The notes under the pieces were generated by a model. That model searched no databases, had not been told where the DNA came from, and was given only the letters and a program-made list of their open reading frames with translations. From Candidatus Latescibacterota bacterium (GTDB taxonomy: Bacteria > Latescibacterota > UBA2968 > GCA-2709665): a DNA stretch of 64,000 bases. This document shows positions 19,825-29,672 of the stretch, one piece after another; position 1 is the first letter of the stretch, and every line of letters starts with the position of its first letter. The DNA lies in contig OZ220733.1 of the NCBI GenBank assembly GCA_965116875.1, positions 832,001-896,000 of the forward strand. The letters are read 5' to 3'. The position numbers and the translations under genes are program-made.

Positions 19825-21561
19825 TTACCCCAGCGCCGCCTGCCCCTCAAATGCATCGACGTTCCGGTATTCGCGCACAATGGCGTCGCCCTCGTTTCGG
19901 AACTCCGAAAACCGCAACGGAACCGGCGTCCCGCCAGCCAACGTACACCGCACCGCCGATCCGTCCGTTGAAACCTCCTCGATCCGGACCCCGTCTCTTC
20001 CCCGCAGATAGCGACCGATTTCGTCGTGGCTGGCGTAGATCTTCTCGTAGGCGTGTGTCATCGTACGCGTACGGTCCAGAATGCGGTCCCATTCATCCAT
20101 GGAAACGGCGTCGAATTTCTGTTCATGCGTAACGATCTCCGCGTAGAATCCGGCGCGGAGACCGTGGCGGATCTGCAGGGCCGCGTTGCCGGCGGCCTTT
20201 TCGACGTCCGTTCTCTCGCTTTCGCGCAGATAGGGGGTGCATCCCGTCAGGAAATCCTCCTGGTGACGGGCGAGCATGGCCGCAAAGGCGAAGAAGTCGT
20301 GGTCGTCGGGAAGAAAATCGTAGTAACACGTCTGCAATCCGTACGGCCAGAACCCGTCCTGCATGCACATATCGGCCTTGTGCAGCCCCGTCTGCAGGGC
20401 CGGGCAGAAAAACCGGTGGCCGCGCTCCTTGAGAAAGGGAAGCGCCCTGACTCCGTATTCCCCCCAGTGGAACCGCAACGTCTCGCCCGGATACGCCCCA
20501 ACCCGCTTCCAGAACGCGTCCGCAAAAGCAAAGTTGGATTCAAGTTCCTCCCGCGAACACTCGCCCTTTCCGAAATTGTAGATCAGCAGCCGATAATAGT
20601 CCAGCGCGTGGCTGTTGTAGTGGATTTCCCCACTCTGCATTCCCGCACGGATTTTGGGAATCAGGCGTTCCGGTACGTTCGCGATGAACAGGGACGGCAT
20701 CGGTTTGAACCCGTACCGGTTCGCGACGTCGACGAAAGCGAAATCGTGCCGCCCTTCGCAATCGTCCCAGGACATGGTCACGAACGGGGGAATCATGTTG
20801 ACGGCGAACGGCTTGCGCGCCGTCCACACGATCGAACGCCAGAACAGATCGTCCATTCCACGGGCATGGCCGTAGAAGGCGTTTCGCCACACACGTGAAT
20901 TCAACGTGAACTGCACGGCCCTTCCGGCGCCGCAGTCCGTTGCGAACGCCAGGGGATAGTTGCGCGGTTCAAACGCGCTCCAGGGCGCCAGGTGGCGTAT
21001 GTAGATCAGCTGCTCCTTACCCAGAATCCCGTCCGCAAGCGGAACCACGGAATCGCCCCATTTTTCGGCGGCAATCGCCGTCACCATCCGGTCGAACGTG
21101 TGGAATTCCCCGGTTGACTGCAATTCCGTGATATAGTGATCCCGTTCCTGCATCCTCACGGTGTCGGTGGCGTACGGATGCGGGTTGATCCGGTCGAACC
21201 CGAATATCTCCAGGAGGGGTCCCCTGGATGCCCTCAGGTCGTAGTCGAAATTGACGAGACCGGCGCCGTTCCGGACCGCCTCCGCGATCAGACCCGTCTC
21301 GGCAGCGGACAACGACGCGCCCAACCCGTTCTGCGCCAGCAGGATACCGGCACACTGGTCCAGTGACTCCGGCGTGGGTCGTTCCCCGGCCAGGTCCAGC
21401 AACCGATAGGGCATACCGAAATGCGCCAGCGCAGACAGGACCGTCTCATCCACAATCATGCGCTCCCAGTACGGTCCGCCGCTGTCGATGACGACCAGCA
21501 ATGCGCCGTTCCCTGTACTGGTACGCCGTTCCCGCTGCACTCGTCCCCTGCACGAATCCAT
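19825..21561 (-). CDS. Hypothetical protein: N-terminal GATase1-like domain plus C-terminal CE4-like barrel
   Basis: HFGMPYRLLDL, AVRNGAGLV; TMSWDDC, NSHAL; long ORF in operon orientation. Confidence 0.55.
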   Translation of the reverse strand: MDSCRGRVQRERRTSTGNGALLVVIDSGGPYWERMIVDETVLSALAHFGMPYRLLDLAGERPTPESLDQCAGILLAQNGLGASLSAAETGLIAEAVRNGAGLVNFDYDLRASRGPLLEIFGFDRINPHPYATDTVRMQERDHYITELQSTGEFHTFDRMVTAIAAEKWGDSVVPLADGILGKEQLIYIRHLAPWSAFEPRNYPLAFATDCGAGRAVQFTLNSRVWRNAFYGHARGMDDLFWRSIVWTARKPFAVNMIPPFVTMSWDDCEGRHDFAFVDVANRYGFKPMPSLFIANVPERLIPKIRAGMQSGEIHYNSHALDYYRLLIYNFGKGECSREELESNFAFADAFWKRVGAYPGETLRFHWGEYGVRALPFLKERGHRFFCPALQTGLHKADMCMQDGFWPYGLQTCYYDFLPDDHDFFAFAAMLARHQEDFLTGCTPYLRESERTDVEKAAGNAALQIRHGLRAGFYAEIVTHEQKFDAVSMDEWDRILDRTRTMTHAYEKIYASHDEIGRYLRGRDGVRIEEVSTDGSAVRCTLAGGTPVPLRFSEFRNEGDAIVREYRNVDAFEGQAALG

Positions 21562-21659
21562 GTCACGCTCCAGTTCTCAACGCCGAATCCTCGGACTGAA
21601 ATCCGTTCATTGCTCTTTCGATTACTGACGCGACAGACCGTCAATTGGACGGTTCCTCT

Positions 21660-21731
21660 TTGTGGATCGCGTTGGCGTTCGCATCAAAGGCCCCAATCAC
21701 GTCCGACAGGCAGGCGCGCGTCACGCGGCAT
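21660..21731 (-). pseudogene. N-terminal remnant of a HepT/DUF86 (HEPN) toxin, frameshifted
   Basis: MPRDAR then shifted ACLSDVIGAFDA; start overlaps the end of the MNT remnant as in MNT-HEPN pairs. Confidence 0.5.
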
Positions 21732-21873
21732 GTAACAGCTCCTTCGTACGCGCAATCTCGCGTGCGGTATAAGGATTCTTCACGGCGCCCGAAATGACCA
21801 GATCGACCTGTTCACCCAATATGGCTCGCAGGTCTTCCAGCAAACCAAAGTAGGCATCGACTCGAGCGTAACC
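21721..21873 (-). pseudogene. C-terminal remnant of a minimal nucleotidyltransferase (MntA-type antitoxin)
   Basis: Hand translation: VDAYFGLLEDLRAILGEQVDLVISGAVKNPYTAREIARTKELLHAA*; 5' end replaced by a MITE end. Confidence 0.7.
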
Positions 21874-21903
21874 GCCCGTTGAAAAAGTCCATCCGGGCTA
21901 CGG
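21874..21903 (+). mobile_element. Single end of MITE family B
   Basis: GCCCGTTGAAAAAGTCCATCCGGGCTACGG identical to 29457-29486. Confidence 0.75.
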
Positions 21904-21925
21904 TCTGCTGTTCTCGATCCTCTCT

Positions 21926-23521
21926 TCACATTCCCCACACGGTGACATTCGTATCCCCAATATCCTCCTCTCGGCGGAATAGCTTGTCGTCCCACGACTT
22001 GCCGGCCGTGCGGTCGAAGACGATGAGATGCCCTTCGGTCGCGTCGCAGCGATCCATATAGGCGCGGGTCTGTTCGAGGCCATCGCGCACGGTCCGTTCC
22101 AGGCTCTTGTGGAGCAACTTGCATTCGATGACCATTTTCTGTATCGCTTGACCGGACCGGGCGTCGCCGGGCGCCGGCCACAGGATCAGCAGATCGGTAC
22201 GCATCCGCCCCAGACCATACTCCCGCTCGATCCGCCCACCTGTATTGACGATACGCTGGAGAAACGCCTGCAACAGCAACTGTGGACCGGCTTCTTTGTA
22301 CTGGAACCGCTCGACCCAATGTTCCGAATGTTCGCGGAAAAATCCCTGAAACGCGCCCAGCAAATCGGCAAGCCGCAGCTTGCCCTCTGCATCTACGTAC
22401 CAGGCTGTGTCTTGAACGAGGTATTCCTGCGTGGTATAGGTCAGGTCGCGGGGGATCACCTCCTGATAGATCGGATTGGCGATGGCAATGGGACCTTGCC
22501 GACGCAAGAGGCCCAAATCGCGGACGTATTCCACGTCGTCCTGCGGAATCGCCTCGGTGGATTCGGCGCCGCTCAACAGGGGTTCGACCACGCGGCGCAC
22601 GCGCTCCTCCTGTAATTTGTCGGTGAGTTGGTCGAGGTGCGTTTCTCTGCGCAGGATGAGTTGCTCCCTCGCGTCGCATATCGCGTTGGCAGTGATAGGC
22701 CGGATGCGATCCCGTCCGGCCTTGTTCTTAAAGCAGGTTTCGTAAGCCAGAGCGTTCACGAGCCACGGTTGACCCTGCGTCAGTTCCCAGATCGCGTTCT
22801 GAGCATCCTCTGCGAATGTCTGTCCGGTTGTCACGGTGTGTTGCGCCAGGAGCTTACGCACTTCGTCCAGTGTGAAATCGCCCAGCCTCAGGGACTCGGT
22901 GCGGATATTGAACGCGCTGCCGCCAGCAATGATGGCGTTCTCTGCGGTTGATTGGATGCGGTAATCACGCACGTCGCGCACGCCACACAGGATGACCGTC
23001 TGTGGAAATTGGCGTGGGCGGGCCGGATAGCCTGCGCGAAGTTGTCGCAACACCGACAGGAGGGTGTCGCCAATCAGCGCGTCAATTTCGTCGATCATAA
23101 GTACCAGTGGCTTCTCGTCAGCCGCGGCCCAGCGGCTCAGCACCTCCTGAAGCACGCCATTCGGGCCGGCTCTATCCAGGATTTCCTGCCATATCCCGGC
23201 CACGAAGCGGTCGCGCAAGACGATTTCGGCCTCGTAGGCTATGCTATTGAGTATCGGTCGCATCGCTGCTTCCACGTCTTCGCGCGCGGCTTGACCGATC
23301 TCGACGTTCACGTACACACAGCGATACCGCCCGCTGTGATTCAGTTCATCTCTCAGAGCGAGCAACGCGGTCGTCTTGCCCGTCTGCCGGGGAGCGTGCA
23401 TTACGAAGTACCGCTTTCGTTCGATCAGCAGCATAACCTCTTCGAAATCAAGCCGTTCCAACGGCGGGACGTGGTAGTGATCCTCCGGAATGATGGGACC
23501 GGCTGTATTGAAAAAACGCAT
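21926..23521 (-). CDS. AAA-like ATPase with C-terminal PD-(D/E)XK-like domain
   Basis: MRFFNTAGP; Walker A HAPRQTGKTT; Walker B LMIDEID; C-terminal RTDLLI...VIECK. Confidence 0.85.
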   Translation of the reverse strand: MRFFNTAGPIIPEDHYHVPPLERLDFEEVMLLIERKRYFVMHAPRQTGKTTALLALRDELNHSGRYRCVYVNVEIGQAAREDVEAAMRPILNSIAYEAEIVLRDRFVAGIWQEILDRAGPNGVLQEVLSRWAAADEKPLVLMIDEIDALIGDTLLSVLRQLRAGYPARPRQFPQTVILCGVRDVRDYRIQSTAENAIIAGGSAFNIRTESLRLGDFTLDEVRKLLAQHTVTTGQTFAEDAQNAIWELTQGQPWLVNALAYETCFKNKAGRDRIRPITANAICDAREQLILRRETHLDQLTDKLQEERVRRVVEPLLSGAESTEAIPQDDVEYVRDLGLLRRQGPIAIANPIYQEVIPRDLTYTTQEYLVQDTAWYVDAEGKLRLADLLGAFQGFFREHSEHWVERFQYKEAGPQLLLQAFLQRIVNTGGRIEREYGLGRMRTDLLILWPAPGDARSGQAIQKMVIECKLLHKSLERTVRDGLEQTRAYMDRCDATEGHLIVFDRTAGKSWDDKLFRREEDIGDTNVTVWGM

Positions 23522-23525
23522 GGGT

Positions 23526-23861
23526 TTACACCTCAGTATCCGGAGACAGGGTACCGTTCCCCCCTGTACATTTAAAAACTGCCTGGGACTTGACGTTAAT
23601 TTCGACCTGCATCCCCGCACGCGTCTGCATGTTAATCAGTTTATCCACGCTAAAGCGACCGATATCTCCCTTCATCAAGTTGCTGATTCGGGGTTGTGAC
23701 TCGCCGAAGAATTCAGCAGCCTGGCGTTGTGTCCATCCTTTGGCCTGGATGTACCTTCTGAGGTCGAGCATCAGATCAGCACGGACCTTCAGGCTCGCCG
23801 CTTCTGCCCGATCGAAACCGATATCTTCGAATACGTTATCGCGGCCTTGAATCACTTCCAT
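23526..23861 (-). CDS. XRE-family HTH protein (HigA-like antitoxin, orphan)
   Basis: NVFEDIGF, WTQRQAAEFFGESQPRISNLMKG, FSVDKLI. Confidence 0.85.
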   Translation of the reverse strand: MEVIQGRDNVFEDIGFDRAEAASLKVRADLMLDLRRYIQAKGWTQRQAAEFFGESQPRISNLMKGDIGRFSVDKLINMQTRAGMQVEINVKSQAVFKCTGGNGTLSPDTEV

Positions 23862-23963
23862 AGCAAAGTCCTTCGCTGAGACAACGGCTTTGCACAGCGC
23901 GATGCCGCGTACATCTCTCAAGGTTGTTCCCTTGTGCCTTTGTGTGAGAACGGGTTGTTCCAG

Positions 23964-25106
23964 TTAAACCTTGATCTCCCAGAGATATCCGCTGCGGTAG
24001 GGGCTGTCGTTTTCACCCGCGTAGATCGTCCCGTCCGGCGCAACGGCCACGTCGTGCACCTGCCAGCAGTGGGCGTCTCCGTCCGACACGGGTCCCAGCA
24101 GGTCCCACGATTCCGTATCGGCGTCGAACCGGATCACCTCGCACTTCCCGTCCCGCCCCGTTACGCCCCAGGCGGCCCCGTCCGGGCCGGGCTGCAGGGT
24201 TGTCAGCCGGCTGCGCCTGTCCGCAACGGGCGTGCCGAGGTACGTGCCCATCCCGGTTTCCGTATCGATCCGGTATATCGACCCGTTCGCGCCGCTGGCG
24301 AACATCCGGCCCTCACCCAGATTGAAAAGCCCCTCCACCCGCTCGTACCCGTAGCTGCCGTCCGGCTTGGGAAGGCCGGCGTCGAAATACGCGATCCTGT
24401 CCGTTTCCGGGTCGAACTTACACAGGCGGTTGCGGTCCACCCCCGCGAAATTCTGCCACGCCCGCGTCACACTCCAGCCGCACCAGACGCACCCGTCGTC
24501 GTCCAGCTCCACGTTCTCGCCCTGGGCCATCTCCATCCCGCTGCTGATCGGCCCCAGGTCGTCCGAGCGGCCGTTGGCGAGGTTGAACCGGAACATCCGC
24601 TCCGGCGTAAACGTCATTCCGTAGATCACGCCGCGATCCTGGTCCAGGCAGATCGACTGGATGTACATATGCGGCATGGGAACTCCCAGTTTTTGAATAT
24701 CGCCGGTCGCCGGGTCGTATTTGACGATTGCCCCGCCGGGCGCCTCCCAGTACCTGTCGATATCGTGCAGGAGCGCGATTGCCCCGTACAGGCATCCGTC
24801 CTTCTCCCATCTCACCAGCGACCGGTGAAACTTGGCGTCGAACGGATCGGCGACCTTGCCGTACCCCAGATCCTCGAATTCGCCGGTTGCGCGGTCGTAG
24901 GCGCGGAATATATCGGCGTTGAAGGATGTAATTCCAAGATAGACGCGATCGTCGTCGGCGTTGTGGAACACGCTGTCCATGCTGATCCAGCCTTCGCGCC
25001 ACGCCGAATCCGCCCTGAAATCGTCGTATTCCCAGCGGTCCTCGATCTCGTCGTCCCACTGGTTGCCGTAGTCCACGTCCTGCAATCTGAGCGCCCTGAC
25101 CTGCAT
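23964..25106 (-). CDS. Cytoplasmic beta-propeller hypothetical protein
   Basis: Repeated YD/FD-PATG..DLG blades; AAGGAG SD. Confidence 0.7.
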   Translation of the reverse strand: MQVRALRLQDVDYGNQWDDEIEDRWEYDDFRADSAWREGWISMDSVFHNADDDRVYLGITSFNADIFRAYDRATGEFEDLGYGKVADPFDAKFHRSLVRWEKDGCLYGAIALLHDIDRYWEAPGGAIVKYDPATGDIQKLGVPMPHMYIQSICLDQDRGVIYGMTFTPERMFRFNLANGRSDDLGPISSGMEMAQGENVELDDDGCVWCGWSVTRAWQNFAGVDRNRLCKFDPETDRIAYFDAGLPKPDGSYGYERVEGLFNLGEGRMFASGANGSIYRIDTETGMGTYLGTPVADRRSRLTTLQPGPDGAAWGVTGRDGKCEVIRFDADTESWDLLGPVSDGDAHCWQVHDVAVAPDGTIYAGENDSPYRSGYLWEIKV

Positions 25107-25168
25107 CCGACTCTCCTTTCATGTTCACGGCGACGGTCCTACAGAAATCCGCCTCAGGTTGCCAACGC

Positions 25169-26413
25169 CTATACCGCCTCGCTGATCTTGTTCAATGCCC
25201 GGAAAAATTCGTCGAATACCTCCACGATATCCCCCGCGATCTCGTGCTCCCTGCCCACTTCCCACTCCTCGGGCGTCAACCGGGCGAATGCCTTTGTTCC
25301 CTCCACCTCCGACGGAGACAGAAGATCGCCCTTCAGCTCATCCAGAATCGTTACGGGATCGTCCACCGTCTCGCCCGTCCTGATCTTCCAGAACGTACGG
25401 AACGGGGTCCGGAAGAAACTGTTGCCGATTCTTCCCAATTCGTTCTGAATCAGCCAGGTGGTATCGAAGTGAGCCGGCGCGTGCCCGTAAAAATGGAGGC
25501 GGCCCTTCATCAGGCGCGAGAACTTGGCGTTGTCGAAAATGACCAGCGCGGGATCCACGGGTACGTCCTGCAGCGCCGCTCTCCACGCGCCGATATCCGC
25601 ACCCGCCTCCCCGGGAATCAGCGTCACGGCGTCCCTCAACCGCAACAGTATCTCCCCCAGCGCATCTTCCAGCGTATCCTCCAGCCGCGTAACGTGCGGC
25701 TCCTCGTACCATCGGGGTATCTCGTAGTGGGCGTGCAGAATCTCCCTGATCAGGCCCCAGCAACGCAGCCCCGGGAAGTGCCGTTCCGCGATCTCGAACG
25801 CATCCAGCTTTCCGCAGATATTCTGATTCTCGAGTACACAGACGGCCGAGTGGACCGGCGGATTGAAATAGTGCATGATCCTGCTGTGCAGGGGATACTT
25901 GTTCTCGTGGACGCCCAGGTTGATCGCGGGATCGATCGTGCGGTTGTAGCGCCCGTAATACAGGCAGAACTTCTTCAGATGAAAATACTCGTCCTTTTCG
26001 TCCCAGGGCCGCCGGGCGAGGGTGTCCAGGGCCGCGCCGAGTCTTTTCTGATCTTCCGTGAGATAGTACGTCCACTGATGGTATTCCGGATAGTAGTTCC
26101 GCTCCGACGTCAATTCGGACCACGTCAGATTCACCCCGGGTAGGTGCTCGAAATTCCGCGCCCAGCATGGGTATTTCTCGCACAGCTTCAGGTGCGTCTC
26201 TCCCATCACCGTGGACAACTCGCACCAGTCGTTCACCGTCATGCCGTCATTCACGATAAAGCGGGTGTCGAAATCGCTCATGCCCGGCAGCAGGTCCCGG
26301 AACATCCACTTGCCAGCGATCGCCTCGATCTTGTCGGAGTGGTACCGGCACGCTTCGTAGTACGTCCGGATATAATCCGCAAAGTCGTTCTCCGGCCTGG
26401 GTGCGAATTCCAT
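25169..26413 (-). CDS. Hypothetical protein with N-terminal Pol-beta-type nucleotidyltransferase-like motif
   Basis: AIAGKW..DLLPGMSDFDTRFIV resembles hG[GS]x9-13DhD; AAGGAG SD. Confidence 0.55.
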   Translation of the reverse strand: MEFAPRPENDFADYIRTYYEACRYHSDKIEAIAGKWMFRDLLPGMSDFDTRFIVNDGMTVNDWCELSTVMGETHLKLCEKYPCWARNFEHLPGVNLTWSELTSERNYYPEYHQWTYYLTEDQKRLGAALDTLARRPWDEKDEYFHLKKFCLYYGRYNRTIDPAINLGVHENKYPLHSRIMHYFNPPVHSAVCVLENQNICGKLDAFEIAERHFPGLRCWGLIREILHAHYEIPRWYEEPHVTRLEDTLEDALGEILLRLRDAVTLIPGEAGADIGAWRAALQDVPVDPALVIFDNAKFSRLMKGRLHFYGHAPAHFDTTWLIQNELGRIGNSFFRTPFRTFWKIRTGETVDDPVTILDELKGDLLSPSEVEGTKAFARLTPEEWEVGREHEIAGDIVEVFDEFFRALNKISEAV

Positions 26414-26438
26414 CGATTCTCCTTCTCGGCGTTAGACT

Positions 26439-28253
26439 TCAGGCCACCATTGCCAGTTCGGCTTCCTGGTTCCGGTCCATGGAAAATACGACGACACGAC
26501 ACCGGCGACCCTCCACTTCGAGCGTCACGGGGGACTGCTCACGACCGTCGAGAATCACGCGCGAGACCTCCCCGCCGGTCTCGGCGATCATGGTCAGACC
26601 CTCGATCGGCTCAGCGGCCGTCAGCCTGGCGACGGTCCGTTCCGGGCCGCAACTCAGCAGTTCAACCCGCAACGCGTCCCGCGCCTGGACGAAGCGGGAC
26701 CAGTCCTGCAGGCTGCCGGTTTCGATGCCCATCGCCGCCAGCGACGCGTAAACGATATTGGCCGCCTCGAACGTGCGGCGCGGATCGCCCTTTGGCCGGA
26801 TCAGATAACACGGGTGGAAGGTCCCGATATGCGGCACGTGCCAGTGATCGCGGGACTCCACGACCCATCGGACCGCCGCCGCCGCGTACTCCACCTGATC
26901 GAGTCCGAGCGTGCCGACGCCCGGTTCGGTAATGCTCTGCGAATCGTCGAAGGTGCAGGGCTGGAGAAACAGGTCCAGCAGCCCCTCGTCCGGATCGAAA
27001 TAGCGCATGGGCATGGCCGATGCCAGCGAGAACGGTCCGAAGTCGTACCGGTTCATCCTCGGATCGTGGCCGCAGAAGTGAAACGGCATCCGCCAATCAT
27101 TGTCCGTCAGTATCGAAGCGGTCCTGGCGCCCGTCCACTGGCAACCATGGATCACGACGTCGGTCACCGGCAGATCCACTTCATCCGTAAAGCGACGCGC
27201 CTGAGCTTCCATCTCCTTGCGGATGCGTTCGTGTACCCCGTCGTCGAGATCTTTCAAATGGCGGTTGTACGTGAGTGGAAAAATATCCACTTCTATCGAC
27301 ATGAAATGGCCGCGGTCCTGCCACTGGCGGATCACCTTCCCCTCGTACCGGCTTACGGGCGCCCGGAAGAAATTGTGCTTGTGTCCGTACTGTTCCGCCA
27401 GTTCCATCCCTAACGGAGCGCCCTCCTCCCCACACCCGTCCGACTTGAAGAACACGGCCACCCGCCGCGCATCCGGCATGTGCCAGACGCGGGGAACGAT
27501 ACCGCCGTCGTGCAGGTCCAGCAGCAACTCCCGAAACAGGTCCTGGTGAATGTCCGCCAGCGGGTGCTGCCGCGAATGCCGTTCGGCAATCCCGATCAAC
27601 CCGAAGATTTGCCTCGGACCTCGCAGCGGCAGCATCTGAGCCTGCTGTTCCAGAGCCCAGGTGCCGTGTCTGAGTCGCAGCACCGCCCCGACCACGTCGT
27701 AGGCCAGCACAATCGCCCTGCCCCGTTCGATGCGCTTCCGGACAATTGCCGGACCGCTGCGCTTGCCCAGATCGTCGATCAGTGCGGCCAGTTCCTCGCC
27801 GTCGCACGAGACGCTCAGCCCGGTGTCCCGCGGGCAGTATAGGGGCTCCGGCGGTATCGAAAGTCCGGCGGCTGGGTGAACGACGACCCCTCCGTCCAGA
27901 ACCACTTCCGGATCGTCTGTCGGGGGTCCCGAAGCCGCCTGCTTGTTGGGATCGACTTTCTGGGTGGATACCACGGCCCGGCGTTCCACCCCCAGCCCGA
28001 CCGCCAGTTCGCCGCCCGGCACCACCGCCAGCAGCCGCCCGCCGCCGCGAACGTATTCCATCAGGATACCGGACGCGCGTCTTCCAACGGCGCCCCGAAG
28101 CGTCAACACCGCGGCCGCGTCTTTCAAACGGGACGGCTCCACGTCGGACTGTGAGAGGACCTGGAAATGAAACAGACCTTCGGCCTTCAGGATCTCCGGC
28201 GCGAAATCGTGCTCCAGGTTGTCATCGGGTTTGACGACGAGAATCGAGTACAT
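26439..28253 (-). CDS. Hypothetical protein: GATase1-like plus CE4-like domains
   Basis: EILKAEGL, EYVRGGGRLL, PRVWHMP, FKSDG, GTFHP; start placed at MYSILVV. Confidence 0.55.
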   Translation of the reverse strand: MYSILVVKPDDNLEHDFAPEILKAEGLFHFQVLSQSDVEPSRLKDAAAVLTLRGAVGRRASGILMEYVRGGGRLLAVVPGGELAVGLGVERRAVVSTQKVDPNKQAASGPPTDDPEVVLDGGVVVHPAAGLSIPPEPLYCPRDTGLSVSCDGEELAALIDDLGKRSGPAIVRKRIERGRAIVLAYDVVGAVLRLRHGTWALEQQAQMLPLRGPRQIFGLIGIAERHSRQHPLADIHQDLFRELLLDLHDGGIVPRVWHMPDARRVAVFFKSDGCGEEGAPLGMELAEQYGHKHNFFRAPVSRYEGKVIRQWQDRGHFMSIEVDIFPLTYNRHLKDLDDGVHERIRKEMEAQARRFTDEVDLPVTDVVIHGCQWTGARTASILTDNDWRMPFHFCGHDPRMNRYDFGPFSLASAMPMRYFDPDEGLLDLFLQPCTFDDSQSITEPGVGTLGLDQVEYAAAAVRWVVESRDHWHVPHIGTFHPCYLIRPKGDPRRTFEAANIVYASLAAMGIETGSLQDWSRFVQARDALRVELLSCGPERTVARLTAAEPIEGLTMIAETGGEVSRVILDGREQSPVTLEVEGRRCRVVVFSMDRNQEAELAMVA

Positions 28254-28339
28254 GGATCTGATCGGTAAGGAATTGGTGGTACGTATACGGGTTCGAAATC
28301 CTGGAATCCTGTTGTAAGCGCAGCGAAAAAACCGCGTCC

Positions 28340-29335
28340 TCAACCCAACTCGACCTCACGACGTTCCGCCGCGGAGAGATAGATCGCATCCAGCAGCGCA
28401 TTGGTTTTCGCCGCTTCGCCAAGCGGGCAGACCGGCTGCCGACCCTCGCGTACCGCGTCGACGAAATCCTGGACGACGGGGCCGTGCACGTTGTCGGCCG
28501 GCGTCAGATCCAGTGCATCGACCTGCCGCCCCACCGTTTTAACCACCTCTCCCGAATCGTATGGATGCCAGTAGACCTTGGCCTCGGTCCCCACTACTTC
28601 GAACTCGTGCCGCCAGGTCTTCGAACTCCAGCTGAACGACGCCGTGACCAATGCTCCGTTCTTCAGTTTCATGACAATGCTCGCACAGTCCTCAACGTCC
28701 CATTTCTGCACCAGGTTCTCACACCGGGCGTACACCGACACCGGCATCCCCAAAAGCCCGATCATCACGTCGAACATGTGCGTGCCCATATCGCTGATGG
28801 GGCCGCCTCCGGAGCGCTCCCTGAAGACGCGCCAGCGTTTCGGATCGTCGGCCGCCGGGCTGAACCAGGAATAGTAGACGATGCGCACCAGGACGACCTG
28901 GCCGAATTCACCGCTCCGGATCATCTCCTGCGCCTGGAGATACGCCGGGAACAGCCGACGAAAATACGAACACCCGGCCAGCCTGTCGCTGCGCCCGGCC
29001 GCGGCGACGGCTCTCGCGCATTCCTCGCCCGTTACGCCCAGGGGCTTTTCCACCAGCACGTGCTTGTCCGCTTCCAGGGCCTGGACAGCGTGGGGCACGT
29101 GCAGCCACACGGGCGTGGCAACGTAGACCGCGTTCGCCGACGTCTTCTCCAGCGCCTCATCCAGATCGGCGTATACCTCCGAAAGGGCGTATTCGGACGC
29201 CAGTGCCCGGGCGTTCTCCTGCACCATATCGCAAACCGCCACCAGTTCCGAATTGGCGGAACCTGCCAGGGCCGCGGCCACCCGCTTCCGGGCGATATCC
29301 CCGGCGCCGACCAGAAGCCACCTCACGTTGTCCAT
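28340..29335 (-). CDS. Gfo/Idh/MocA family oxidoreductase
   Basis: VGAGDIA, YVATP..LH, KHVLVEKP, GGG..DMGTH. Confidence 0.92.
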   Translation of the reverse strand: MDNVRWLLVGAGDIARKRVAAALAGSANSELVAVCDMVQENARALASEYALSEVYADLDEALEKTSANAVYVATPVWLHVPHAVQALEADKHVLVEKPLGVTGEECARAVAAAGRSDRLAGCSYFRRLFPAYLQAQEMIRSGEFGQVVLVRIVYYSWFSPAADDPKRWRVFRERSGGGPISDMGTHMFDVMIGLLGMPVSVYARCENLVQKWDVEDCASIVMKLKNGALVTASFSWSSKTWRHEFEVVGTEAKVYWHPYDSGEVVKTVGRQVDALDLTPADNVHGPVVQDFVDAVREGRQPVCPLGEAAKTNALLDAIYLSAAERREVELG

Positions 29336-29358
29336 CAGCCCTCCCAAGCGTTTATTGT

Positions 29359-29383
29359 GGGCGCCCACAAGGGACGCCCCTAC
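29359..29383 (-). repeat. GTAG-family REP
   Basis: Reverse complement GTAGGGGCGTCCCTTGTGGGCGCCC. Confidence 0.7.
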
Positions 29384-29437
29384 AATACGAAACATCCACG
29401 AATTGAACTCTCCGTACTCCCCACCGACGTTGCATTT

Positions 29438-29628
29438 GTAGGGGCAACCCTTATCAGCCCGTTGAAAAAGTCCATCCGGGCTACGGCCTGCCCTTGCGGT
29501 CGAAATACTGCGTTGCGCTCCCTCGCCGAATCGCAGGATGGGACTCGGTCGCGCGCCTTGTCTTCGACCACAATGGCTCGGCCTCGCCTGCAGAGCGACT
29601 TTTTCAACGGACTGTTATGTGGTTGCCC
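29438..29628 (+). repeat. GTAG-family REP split by a MITE
   Basis: GTAGGGGCAACCC-TTAT-[MITE]-TTAT-GTGGTTGCCC. Confidence 0.7.
29455..29614 (+). mobile_element. MITE family B (160 bp) with 4-bp TSD
   Basis: TIRs CAGCCCGTTGAAAAAGTC / GACTTTTTCAACGGACTG; flanked by TTAT direct repeats. Confidence 0.85.
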
Positions 29629-29672
29629 GCGTGGCGGCTGATGGCGGATAGCTGTAATCACGGTTTCTGGTG

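Noticed and set aside
23862-23930. Remnant of a RelE/HigB toxin upstream of the XRE gene
   Set aside because: Too short and degenerate to support.
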